Part shown: one piece after another, positions 25,777 through 33,985 of the stretch
Layout: every line of letters starts with the position of its first letter
How positions within the stretch are numbered: the stretch's first letter is position 1
Assembly: GCA_012719125.1 (NCBI GenBank)
Contig: JAAYAY010000013.1
Location: 1-64,000 of the forward strand
Direction: 5' to 3'
Origin: Planctomycetaceae bacterium
GTDB taxonomy: Bacteria; Planctomycetota; Planctomycetia; Pirellulales; Thermoguttaceae
DNA length: 64,000 nt
The notes under the pieces: generated by a model
The model's database searches: none
What the model was told of the DNA's origin: nothing
Seen by the model: only the letters and a program-made list of their open reading frames with translations
Program-made: the position numbers and the translations under genes

Positions 25777-26211
25777 TCAGCAAGCGCCGGCCGTCGTTTG
25801 ACGCTGCCGGGCGCGATCCTCGGCCAGTTGCGGCATCCACAACGCCTTGTCGACCAGTTCGACCAGAACGCCGGGATCAAACGGCTTCCGCAGGTAGTAG
25901 GTGCCGCCCACTGCATGGCTGCGCCGGATGATGTCGGGGATCTGGGCTCCGGAGAGGAACATCACCGGCACGCTTTTCAGTTCAGCGTCTTCTTTGATCC
26001 GCTCGCACATTTCCAGTCCGCTGTGGCCGCCCAGATTGATGTCGGAGAGGATCATATCGGGCGTGTGCATGGCGGCAAACTCGATGGCCGCCTGGGCCGT
26101 GTCGCAGCACTGGCAATCGAACCCGGCCTCGGTCAACACATTGGCCACGTTCTCCAGCACTTCCTTCTCGTCATCCACGACCAGAATCAACGGGGCTTCT
26201 TGAGTCTTCAT
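25777..26211 (-). CDS. Stand-alone response regulator receiver (CheY-like)
   Basis: 'LILVVDDEKEVLENV...DMILSDINLGGHSGLEMCERIK...VMFLSGAQ'; 144 aa, no output domain. Confidence 0.8.
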   Translation of the reverse strand: MKTQEAPLILVVDDEKEVLENVANVLTEAGFDCQCCDTAQAAIEFAAMHTPDMILSDINLGGHSGLEMCERIKEDAELKSVPVMFLSGAQIPDIIRRSHAVGGTYYLRKPFDPGVLVELVDKALWMPQLAEDRARQRQTTAGAC

Positions 26212-26454
26212 CTGCCTGTTGTGTCTCCGAGAAAGAACGGGGGCCGAACACGGCGAGCAGCGTGTCTAGCTGCTCTGCCAATCGTTGTTTCGGTTCTCGA
26301 CCGCCGGACAAGTTAGCCTGGCTTGCCCTGCCCCCCTGATCAAAAAAGCCGGATCTTCCAGAACGGGATCGGCGGCACGATCTGCAGAATCGACCCCCTT
26401 GACGGAGGAGTCGTTTGTTTCTCCGCGAAGTCCGGAAGCCATCGTCTCAAACCG

Positions 26455-26485
26455 CAGATATTGATATCTGCCTCAATACTATTGA
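26455..26485. promoter_or_regulatory. Two adjacent palindromes upstream of the XRE regulator gene (candidate autoregulatory operators)
   Basis: 'cagatat-tg-atatctg' (26455-26470) and 'tcaata-c-tattga' (26473-26485); followed by TTGACT -35-like. Confidence 0.4.
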
Positions 26486-26530
26486 CTTCGACATCAATAT
26501 CGTGTAGGCTTGTTGTCTCGGAGGTGAGCG

Positions 26531-26947
26531 ATGAGCAAGAAAGTGCTGAAGACGCCGGATTACCGTCGCGTCGAACTGGACGGCGTTGAATATGTCATCC
26601 TGCGCGAGTCGATTTTCGAGGAGCTTTGTCGCCGGGCAGAAGTCGGGCTGGAAGCCACGGTCGAACCCGGTGCCGAGGCAGACGCGCTCGACGGGGCGAC
26701 GCTAGCCGAGAAGCTCGTTCGGCGACGTCGCGCGTCGGGGCTGAGCCAGGCTGAACTGGCCCGTCGTGCGGGCATCCGGCCGGAGACGCTCAACCGTATC
26801 GAACGAGGCCGGACGACCCCCGACTTCGCAACCGTTCGCAAACTGGTGCTCGCCATGAATGCGGCCGAAGAGGCCGCGGCACAGACCTCCCTGGCTGATG
26901 CGTCCCGAGAAAACGAGTCAACGAAACGAACCCAGAAGCAGGAGTGA
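26531..26947 (+). CDS. XRE-family HTH transcriptional regulator
   Basis: 'LVRRRRASGLSQAELARRAGIRPETLNRIERGRTTPDFATVRKLVLAM' is a Cro/C1-type HTH. Confidence 0.75.
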   Translation: MSKKVLKTPDYRRVELDGVEYVILRESIFEELCRRAEVGLEATVEPGAEADALDGATLAEKLVRRRRASGLSQAELARRAGIRPETLNRIERGRTTPDFATVRKLVLAMNAAEEAAAQTSLADASRENESTKRTQKQE

Positions 26948-26951
26948 TACG

Positions 26952-27242
26952 ATGAGTCAAGGCAATGCGTTTTCCACACGGCGCTCCCTTACGCGAGACG
27001 AGGTTGCCGCTCGTGTGATTCCCATTCTCGCCGAGCAGGCCGGGATGGCTCCAGAGGAGCTGCGTGATTCCCATTCGCTCATTGACGACCTGCTGTACGA
27101 CAGCCTTACGGTTGTGGAAACGGTCATGGAACTGGAGGAGGAATTCGACGTCGAGATCGCGGACGACGCTGCCGACGGAATGCGAACCGTGGGCGATGTG
27201 ATCGACGGGATGTGCCGATTGTTGGAAGATCGGGCTGACTGA
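26952..27242 (+). CDS. Acyl carrier protein (stand-alone ACP)
   Basis: Phosphopantetheine attachment motif 'LIDDLLYDSLTVVETVMELEEEFDVEI' (DSL). RBS 'ggagtga'; start 4 nt after the XRE stop. Confidence 0.75.
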   Translation: MSQGNAFSTRRSLTRDEVAARVIPILAEQAGMAPEELRDSHSLIDDLLYDSLTVVETVMELEEEFDVEIADDAADGMRTVGDVIDGMCRLLEDRAD

Positions 27243-27244
27243 AG

Positions 27245-27931
27245 TCAGCCGGATTGTCGGCCGGCCAGTTCGGCTATGCCGTCGCGAAGAAACTCGTTGA
27301 CTTCCTTGGCGTGGGTCATGGGCAGCACGTGGCCACCACCCGGGACGAGCCGATCCGGGGTCGTGAGCGTGTGGGGCAGCACGCGATCACGGTCCCCATG
27401 GATTTGCCTGATCGGAACCGTCAGGCCGTCGTTGTGAGGTTTCCAGCGCAGAAGGGCCATCGACGCCCAGCGCAGGAATCGGGCGTCGGCATCCGCCAGT
27501 TGTTGCAGGAGGTTCCTGGAGACGGGGCTGAGAAACCGACCACCCAGGAATAGAGCCGCTCTGGCGGCCAGGGGAGGCACGCCGCCGCTGCCGGGCGGAA
27601 GCAGCAAAGCCGCGGGCTTCATGACCCTTGCTCGCCAAGGCAATTCGTGAGGGGAACGGACACTCGCGATCAGAAAACAACCGCGGCAATCGAGATGCCG
27701 AGCCATTTCGACGGCGATCATCCCGCCGAGCGAAAGCCCGCCCACGAAACAAGGTTCGCCCGGATCGACTCGCTGAGCCATACGCCGGGCATAGCCAGGG
27801 AGGTCGTCGCCTGGTTGGGGAGCGCTCCAACCGGGCAGGATCAAATCGGGGAATTGCTCGCGTTGGAGCCGGAACACCCGCTCATCGGCTCCCATTCCCG
27901 ACAGCAGAATCAGCGGCAGCGAACGGGTCAC
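27245..27931 (-). CDS. Alpha/beta hydrolase (thioesterase-like)
   Basis: 'LILLSGMGADERVF' (HG-like), nucleophile elbow 'GGLSLGGMIAVEMARHL', C-terminal 'GGGHVLPMTHAKEV'. GTG start. Confidence 0.75.
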   Translation of the reverse strand: MTRSLPLILLSGMGADERVFRLQREQFPDLILPGWSAPQPGDDLPGYARRMAQRVDPGEPCFVGGLSLGGMIAVEMARHLDCRGCFLIASVRSPHELPWRARVMKPAALLLPPGSGGVPPLAARAALFLGGRFLSPVSRNLLQQLADADARFLRWASMALLRWKPHNDGLTVPIRQIHGDRDRVLPHTLTTPDRLVPGGGHVLPMTHAKEVNEFLRDGIAELAGRQSG

Positions 27932-28014
27932 TTGCGATGACGAATCTTGGACCGCATCCGACGCTTCTTACGACCGAGTTTACGACGACCTTTCCCAGAC
28001 TTCTTCGTTCCCAC
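27928..28014 (-). CDS. 28-aa Lys/Arg-rich small ORF translationally coupled (GTGA overlap) to the alpha/beta hydrolase gene
   Basis: GTG start 4 nt after 'aagggagga'; peptide 'MGTKKSGKGRRKLGRKKRRMRSKIRHRK'. Stop TGA shares GTGA with the hydrolase GTG start. Confidence 0.3.
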   Translation of the reverse strand: MGTKKSGKGRRKLGRKKRRMRSKIRHRK

Positions 28015-28284
28015 GCATTCCTCCCTTGTGTTGGTTGCGATCACGTTCAGTCAACAATGCACATAATTAGGTCGGCTGGCACGCGGGACGGCGGCCAGCG
28101 CAGCCGCTCAGTATAGCAGAAGGCGCCTTGGGGAGGCAACCGGGTGGCACCGGCCGCCCTCAACCGGCGGGGCAGCTAGGCTTATGGCGGGGCGACGCTC
28201 CCTTGGGGTTTGGAGTGCTGCCTCGCTCGTCCGATCTGACATTCGGATCGAGGGGTCAAGATGATTCTGGCGTGTCTCAGGGGA

Positions 28285-28326
28285 CTAAGAAACGAAGAAA
28301 GCCGGGAAGCTCTCGCTTCCCGGCTT
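28285..28326 (-). terminator. Rho-independent terminator downstream of the flotillin gene
   Basis: 12-bp stem 'aagccgggaagc'/'gcttcccggctt' (28299-28326) with tetraloop, followed on the minus strand by U-rich 'uucuucguuucuu'. Confidence 0.5.
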
Positions 28327-28356
28327 TCGGAGTCCGGCAAATCAAGGTTGACTGGT

Positions 28357-29970
28357 TCAGGCACCTTGACTGGCCGGTTTGGCTTGCTTGGAATTCTCCG
28401 AGGTCGAAGACTCCCGCGTGCCGTCGAGACTCGAGAGGATCTCCGGTATCTCGATTCCGCCGACATCTTTCATCACCTGCATCATGGGGGGGAGGGTGCG
28501 AGCCATGTTGTGGAGCCAGTTGGCGGTGGCGGTGGTGCCGTCCTTGCCGCCGCCTTCCCAAACCACCACCTTGTCGAACTTGATGTTCGAGATTGCCTTG
28601 GCGGAGGCGTCGACCAGATCGTCGAAGTGTTCGAGCATCATCATCTGGAAGGCTTCCTTGGCGCCGCCGCAGGCGTTGACAATCTCGCGAAGACCATCGC
28701 CCTTTTTCTTCAAGATCTCGTATTGTCCGCGAGCTTCGGCCTCGAGCCTGGCGTAGATTGCGGACGCTTCGCCTTCGGCCTCGATGCGGCGTTTGGCCGC
28801 TTCGGCTTCGGCTTCCACCTGGATCCGGGCCTTTTCGGCCTTGGCGGGAGCTTCCACCTCTGCACGGCGTTTCGCCTCGATGCGTTCGGCCTCCGCCAAA
28901 TTGGCCTTCGCCCGGGCGCGGTGTTCGATCTCGAGCACCGCGGCCTCGGCCTGACGCTTTCGTGCTTCACCCACTTGGTAGGCCTCTGCTTCCTTGACCT
29001 GCAGGGCGGCTTGCGAGGCGGCGATGACCGCCTTGGCTTCGTTCTCGCCCTCGACGGCCTTGGCCTCGGCGTCGGCAAGCCGCACACGCATCGCCCGTTG
29101 AGCGTCCTTGACCTGGGCGTCTCGTTCGAACTTGGCCGCCTCTTCGCGAACGGCCTGCTCGCGGTCCATGTCGGCGATGCTGATGGCTTGATCGCGGTGC
29201 GCCTCTCGGGTGCCGATTTCGCGGATCTTGGTGGCATTGGCGACCTGGACGGCCTTTTCCTTCTCCGCCTCGGCGACGCGGATCTCGCCCATCTTCTCGT
29301 TGTCGGCCACGTCGCCGCGGGCTTTCTGGATCGCCTGGGAGGCCGCCTTCTGCCCGATGGCTTCGATGTAGCCCGACTCGTCGGTGATGTCGGTGATATT
29401 CACATTGATCAGCACCAGGCCGATCTTGAGGAGTTCCGGTTCGAGCGACGCCTGAATGCTGGTGAGAAACTTGTCGCGATCGCGGTTGATGTCTTCGATC
29501 GCCATCGAGGCGATCACCTGGCGGAGTTGACCGAAGATGATATCCTCGGCCTGTTTCTTGATCTCGGAACTGGTCAAGTCGAGCAGACGGATGGCCGCGT
29601 TCTGCATCAATTCGGGCGTGGTCCCGATTGCCACGGTGAACACGCTAGGCACGTTGACGCGGATGTTTTCCATCGACAGGGCGCCGCGCAAGGGAATCTC
29701 GATCTGCATGGGTTCGAGACTCAACAACCTGCATTTCTGGAAGACCGGAAAGACCAGACGGGCACCGCCATGGAGGCACAGAGACGACCTTCCCTTGCCT
29801 CCTGCCCAACCATAAATCACCATAACGCGGTTGCTCGGGCATACGCGGTAACACTTCAGGGCCATCATGAAGACCATGAAGACCAAGCCAACGGCAATGA
29901 CAACACCCGCGATGACCGGAATGGCAAACTGAGGGTTGTCCAGAAGAGCTGCAAGCGGGAGACTAGTCAT
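28357..29970 (-). CDS. Flotillin-like SPFH/band-7 protein (FloT/YuaG-like)
   Basis: N-terminal TM, SPFH domain 'RVMVIYGWAGG...PMQIEIPLRGALSMENI', then a long EA-rich coiled-coil 'AEAEKEKAVQVANA...AEAKAVEGENEAKAV'. Confidence 0.9.
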   Translation of the reverse strand: MTSLPLAALLDNPQFAIPVIAGVVIAVGLVFMVFMMALKCYRVCPSNRVMVIYGWAGGKGRSSLCLHGGARLVFPVFQKCRLLSLEPMQIEIPLRGALSMENIRVNVPSVFTVAIGTTPELMQNAAIRLLDLTSSEIKKQAEDIIFGQLRQVIASMAIEDINRDRDKFLTSIQASLEPELLKIGLVLINVNITDITDESGYIEAIGQKAASQAIQKARGDVADNEKMGEIRVAEAEKEKAVQVANATKIREIGTREAHRDQAISIADMDREQAVREEAAKFERDAQVKDAQRAMRVRLADAEAKAVEGENEAKAVIAASQAALQVKEAEAYQVGEARKRQAEAAVLEIEHRARAKANLAEAERIEAKRRAEVEAPAKAEKARIQVEAEAEAAKRRIEAEGEASAIYARLEAEARGQYEILKKKGDGLREIVNACGGAKEAFQMMMLEHFDDLVDASAKAISNIKFDKVVVWEGGGKDGTTATANWLHNMARTLPPMMQVMKDVGGIEIPEILSSLDGTRESSTSENSKQAKPASQGA

Positions 29971-30643
29971 GGTCGCTCCTTTCCGGTTCGCAAACCGGTT
30001 CTACTTGAACGGTCGACGGCGTCAGCACGTCGACGACGATAATCTTGGTCCCTGTGGGCAGTTGCTCACCCTCGGTCATGGCCAGGTATTCCGCTGTTCG
30101 CGATTGTACGCACACATGGATCTTGCCTGCTCCTGCGTTGTTTCCTGGAACTCGAAGATAGACGGTTCCGCGACAACCGACTGCGTTTGTGATGTGAACA
30201 GTTCCATCATTTTTGAGCGTGTAAAGAACGCGAAACATCCAGTAGACCACATAGATCGCTGCGGTTCCGCAGCCGATCGCGACAAACCACACCATGAGGG
30301 GAGAGGCTTCCGTCGCATCAGCCGCCCGACCTCCCAGTCCGAAAAACGTCATACCGGCAATGACGGTCCGGAAGGACAAGACTCTTAAACCGGATGCTGC
30401 GTCGTCATGGCTGTGGCCATCTCCGCCCCCATGATCTCCACCGCCGTGAACATCGCTGCTCACGTCGCCACCGGCGTCCACGTGCACGTCGCCGCCAACG
30501 TCCAAGTCTAGGTCACCGACATCCCCCATGTCGCCGGATACGTCCACGTGGCCGTCGCCACCCATCCCCACCAAGGTCATGATGATCTGGCAGGCGAGAA
30601 AAGTCCCGCCGATGACTGCACAGAACAGAAACACGGTAGACAT
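29963..30643 (-). CDS. NfeD-like membrane protein (flotillin partner) with Asp/Gly/His-rich insert
   Basis: RBS aaggag before 'MSTVFLFCAVIGGTF'; TM segments; C-terminal OB-like 'GTVYLRVPGNNAGAGKIHV...TGTKIIVVDV'. 8-bp overlap with the flotillin start. Insert 'GDGHVDVSGDMGDVGDLDLDVGGDVHVDAGGDVSSDVHGGGDHGGGDGHSHDD'. Confidence 0.8.
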   Translation of the reverse strand: MSTVFLFCAVIGGTFLACQIIMTLVGMGGDGHVDVSGDMGDVGDLDLDVGGDVHVDAGGDVSSDVHGGGDHGGGDGHSHDDAASGLRVLSFRTVIAGMTFFGLGGRAADATEASPLMVWFVAIGCGTAAIYVVYWMFRVLYTLKNDGTVHITNAVGCRGTVYLRVPGNNAGAGKIHVCVQSRTAEYLAMTEGEQLPTGTKIIVVDVLTPSTVQVEPVCEPERSDHD

Positions 30644-30983
30644 GGCGATCACTCCTTCAGGATCAACCGGAATTTCGGGATCGACCGGCATGGCAATGCT
30701 TCGTGCCGATCCGGTAGGGGGAAGTCCGGTCGCAGCATACCAGGCGGGACACCGGAAATGCACCCGGTCCGCGCTATTTGTTCGCCGGGCTCGGGGAGTT
30801 CTTGGTCGTTGCCCCGGGAGTCGATTGGATTGCCGCTGTGCGGCCCCTGGATGGCGGGGTGCTAAAGGCGAGCAGCTCCCTAGTTCTAGGGGTTCTGTCG
30901 GAAGTCAGCGAGGAGCGGCGAACAAAGATTCAGGGCACCTGGCAGTGCACACCACGTACTCGACGTGGATTCCCGCATAGAAT

Positions 30984-31400
30984 TCACCGGAGTCTCTTCT
31001 CAGCGAGCGGCTCCAGGAGGTCAGTCAGCTTGATCTCCTCTAGTCGGGCGCGAACGCCTTCGGTGATTCCCTCGAGTGCCGTACGCACTTGCCGATCCGT
31101 TTCGCCGGGGAAGTTTATCCGTGAAGGCAATCCGCTGGTGATCGGACCGTCGATTGCCTCCATGACCTGGAGCAGGGAGATTTCGCTCGGCGAGCGGGCG
31201 AGCATGAAGCCTCCTCCTCCTCCTCGCGTCGATTGCAGAATCCGTTGCTTCGACAAGTCGCGGAGAATTTGCAGCAGGAACCTTTCCGGCATGTTTCCGT
31301 CAGCGGCCAAATGGTTGCAGGAAACGGGTTGTTGTTCCCTCATCTCGGCGAGCCGCAGGACCGCCTGGAGGGCATAAGTGACACTCTGCGATAGTCTCAT
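30984..31400 (-). CDS. Rrf2 family transcriptional regulator (single Cys; not an IscR-type Fe-S form)
   Basis: 'MRLSQSVTYALQAVLRLAEMREQQPVSCNHLAADGNMPERFLLQILRDLSKQRILQSTRGGGGGFMLARSP' is the Rrf2 wHTH. Confidence 0.8.
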   Translation of the reverse strand: MRLSQSVTYALQAVLRLAEMREQQPVSCNHLAADGNMPERFLLQILRDLSKQRILQSTRGGGGGFMLARSPSEISLLQVMEAIDGPITSGLPSRINFPGETDRQVRTALEGITEGVRARLEEIKLTDLLEPLAEKRLR

Positions 31401-31584
31401 CTCAACGGACCTTCCGAAACAAGATCGCTCAAGCCGACGTCCCGACGGCCTGCCGCTGCCACACGGCAACGGGCTTGCCTGTTCAATGCACCTGAAGCGA
31501 GTCAAACCCGCAACCCAATCTGCCCGAGAATATGTGCGCACCGCTTGCACAAGTCTTAGACTACGCCTCGAAAACGCTGTTCGC

Positions 31585-31640
31585 ACGCAAAAAAAAGGCC
31601 CCCAAGAAATGCGCACACTCGCGCATCGCGGGGGCTTTCA
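31585..31640 (-). terminator. Terminator-like GC hairpin followed by U8 (minus-strand sense) in the Rrf2 upstream region
   Basis: Plus strand 'aaaaaaaaggcccccaagaaatgcgcacactcgcgcatcgcgggggcttt': stem GCCCCC...GGGGGC with inner ATGCGC/GCGCAT hairpin, A8 on plus = U8 on minus. Confidence 0.45.
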
Positions 31641-31855
31641 TAGCCGATTTCGCTGCCGGCGTGCCTCTTAGGCCCGGTGTGATAAACCGCGGAGAATCGC
31701 CCGCCGTCCCCTCCGGTCGGCGGGCAACGACGCTAGCAGCGAAAGCATCATACCTAATCAACCGGACGCTGTTAAGCCAATCCCGAAAAATCCAGGAAAA
31801 ACACGATTTTTTCGGCGTGGACCCAGGTTGCCCGAGCAGCCGTCCGTGGTGAAAA

Positions 31856-31907
31856 GACATGTGGTTGACGGTAACACCCACATGTCAAGAGCATGTAGAC
31901 CATGCTC
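31856..31907. promoter_or_regulatory. Two tandem palindromes in the Rrf2 / ANTAR-regulator intergenic region
   Basis: 'gacatgtgg-N13-ccacatgtc' (31856-31886) and 'gagcatg-tagac-catgctc' (31889-31907). Confidence 0.4.
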
Positions 31908-32267
31908 GTCCTGGCACTTCCAGCGAGAGAAACCTCAATTCTCGTGCGAAAATTGCCGGGGGCGGCCGCTGGAACACGTCCTTCGTGCCTCCCCGTCCGG
32001 CCTCAGCCAAGCGTGACTACCTCTACAATGGGGGAAAACGTGCCGAGATTGTTTCCAATACAATCATGCGCAATTAGGATAGAACTTGGGATTGGGGCAT
32101 CGGTCGGCGGAGAATTGTGCTCGGTTGGTCGCTCTCCCCTCCCTCCGCCTTCTGCCGGGGATGGCTTGGGGCTGCATGTTGGCGATACGGTCTGCCTGGA
32201 CACATCCAGTCGCTCCGTTTGCTTCCGTGCGTTGCCCGGCAACCAGCGCTTGATATTGCGAACGTTG

Positions 32268-32861
32268 ATGGTCCACGCTCTGAGAATAGCTGTTGCTGAC
32301 GACGACGCCGACATGCGGACTCTGCTGGACCGGATACTGTCGCGTCTGGGGCACACGATCGTGGCCTCGGTGGGTGACGGAGATGCCCTGGTGGAGCAGT
32401 GTTGCCTGCATCATCCGGACTTGGTGATCAGTGATATCCGCATGCCTCGCCGCGACGGGTTGAGCGCTGCGTCGAATCTGTGCAAGATCGATCCCGTGCC
32501 CGTCATTGTGGTAACGGCATACACAGATCGCGAACTGATGCGACGCGCGTGCGAGAGCGACGTCATGGCTTATCTTGTCAAGCCACTGAAGGTGCCGGAA
32601 GTCGAGGCGGCAATCGCCATCGTAACGGCGAGATTCTCCGAGTTTGTGAGACTCCGAAAAGAGGCGAACGACCTTCGCCAGGCGTTGGAAGACCGCAAGA
32701 CAATCGAAAGGGCCAAGGGCATACTGATGAAACGAGTTTCGCTGGACGAACCGGACGCCTTTCGGCGTCTGCAGAAGCTGGCCAGCGCGCGGAACATGCG
32801 GCTGGCCGAACTGGCCAAACGTGTGTGCGAAGCCGAGGAAACCGTCGATTGGTCCGAGTAG
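32268..32861 (+). CDS. ANTAR-domain response regulator (REC + ANTAR; AmiR/NasT-like RNA-binding antiterminator)
   Basis: REC 'LRIAVADDDADMRTLLDRILSRLGHTIV...LVISDIRMPRRDGL'; ANTAR 'EDRKTIERAKGILMKRVSLDEPDAFRRLQKLASARNMRLAELAKRV'. Confidence 0.8.
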   Translation: MVHALRIAVADDDADMRTLLDRILSRLGHTIVASVGDGDALVEQCCLHHPDLVISDIRMPRRDGLSAASNLCKIDPVPVIVVTAYTDRELMRRACESDVMAYLVKPLKVPEVEAAIAIVTARFSEFVRLRKEANDLRQALEDRKTIERAKGILMKRVSLDEPDAFRRLQKLASARNMRLAELAKRVCEAEETVDWSE

Positions 32862-32879
32862 TAGCGGCTGGCAGCCGGC

Positions 32880-33836
32880 TCATTTCCGCCTCCACAGCAC
32901 GTCGTCATTGATCCCCAACCGGCGCTGTCTGTCGGCGATCTCCCTCTTGAATCGCCTGGCATCCTGCGGATAGCCGGCCGTGGGCCGAAGGCCTTCGATC
33001 TGACTGCACCAGAAGCGGTTAAACGCACGCATGGATAGCTCGCGAAGGTACTTCGAGACCATCGAGGCGAGACCGACGGCCAAGACACTCTCCGCTCTGG
33101 TGCGGAAGCAGACGTCGATCCGCCGATCTTCTCGCCCGAAGGCATAAATGCTTCGTTCGCGGCACTCCCCATGAATCTCGATGAAGGCGTCGGGGAAGTG
33201 CTCAGCAAGCAAATCGGCGTAACGATTTCGCCCGCCGTGCTTGTCGCAGATGATCGAAACGGCGCCCTCCAACGGCGCCGCCAGGTCCGCTGCCAGGCTG
33301 AGGGTGACGTGGGAGAGCAGTTCGCCTTTGCCCCAAGAAGCGAGCATGCCGTTGAACTCGGGCGGATAGACGACCCGGCTCTGCATCCCGTGAAGCTGGA
33401 CTCCATGGTTTCTTGTGACCTCCAGGAATCGCCGGCACAACGGCTCTAATTCCTCGTCGGATGCGTCGAGCGGAATCGGTTCGTCGTAGCCCGCGTACCA
33501 GGGAATGGAATCACGATATTCGGAGGAACAGGGATCCAATCCGTCGAACAGGGCTCGCCAGTTCTGCGGACATTTCTGAAGCGAACGGAGGGCAACGAGC
33601 ACTCCCCGTTCGAGGTGCAGTCGACCACCCCCGGGCCGGTAGAGTTGTTTGGAGTCGGCCACAGCAAACCGATCGGCGTCGGCCTCGGCGGCCGTAGAAA
33701 CGATCGAGTCGCCCAGAACCTCAGAGAGGTCGCCCGCAGCCATCCCTTCCGGCAGTTCCCAGACCGTGGCCGACACGACCAGCGGCCCCAGGTTGGGCCC
33801 CAGCCCGGCTTCGTCGGTGGCAATCAGGTACGGCAT
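32880..33836 (-). CDS. RNase HII-like (RNase H2 family) protein, divergent, with long insertion
   Basis: RBS gaaggag; 'MPYLIATDEAGLGPNLGPLVVSATV' matches the RNase HII 'DEAGRGPLAGPVV' motif, 'VADSKQL' matches 'DSK', and the C-terminus 'AVGLASMVSKYLRELSM' matches 'AASIIAKVTRDRLM'. At 318 aa it is longer than canonical RNase HII. Confidence 0.45.
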   Translation of the reverse strand: MPYLIATDEAGLGPNLGPLVVSATVWELPEGMAAGDLSEVLGDSIVSTAAEADADRFAVADSKQLYRPGGGRLHLERGVLVALRSLQKCPQNWRALFDGLDPCSSEYRDSIPWYAGYDEPIPLDASDEELEPLCRRFLEVTRNHGVQLHGMQSRVVYPPEFNGMLASWGKGELLSHVTLSLAADLAAPLEGAVSIICDKHGGRNRYADLLAEHFPDAFIEIHGECRERSIYAFGREDRRIDVCFRTRAESVLAVGLASMVSKYLRELSMRAFNRFWCSQIEGLRPTAGYPQDARRFKREIADRQRRLGINDDVLWRRK

Positions 33837-33985
33837 CAGAACTCCTTCGACGTCAGACAAGCGGGCCTCATTGTAGCGGAATGCGGAAGAAGTACGCCAC
33901 ACGTTACAATGGGGCCGGCGAATACCTGCCGCTCGGAAACTGGTACCACAAACACGAATCCCGCAAACGCATTGGAGTGTCCAAG

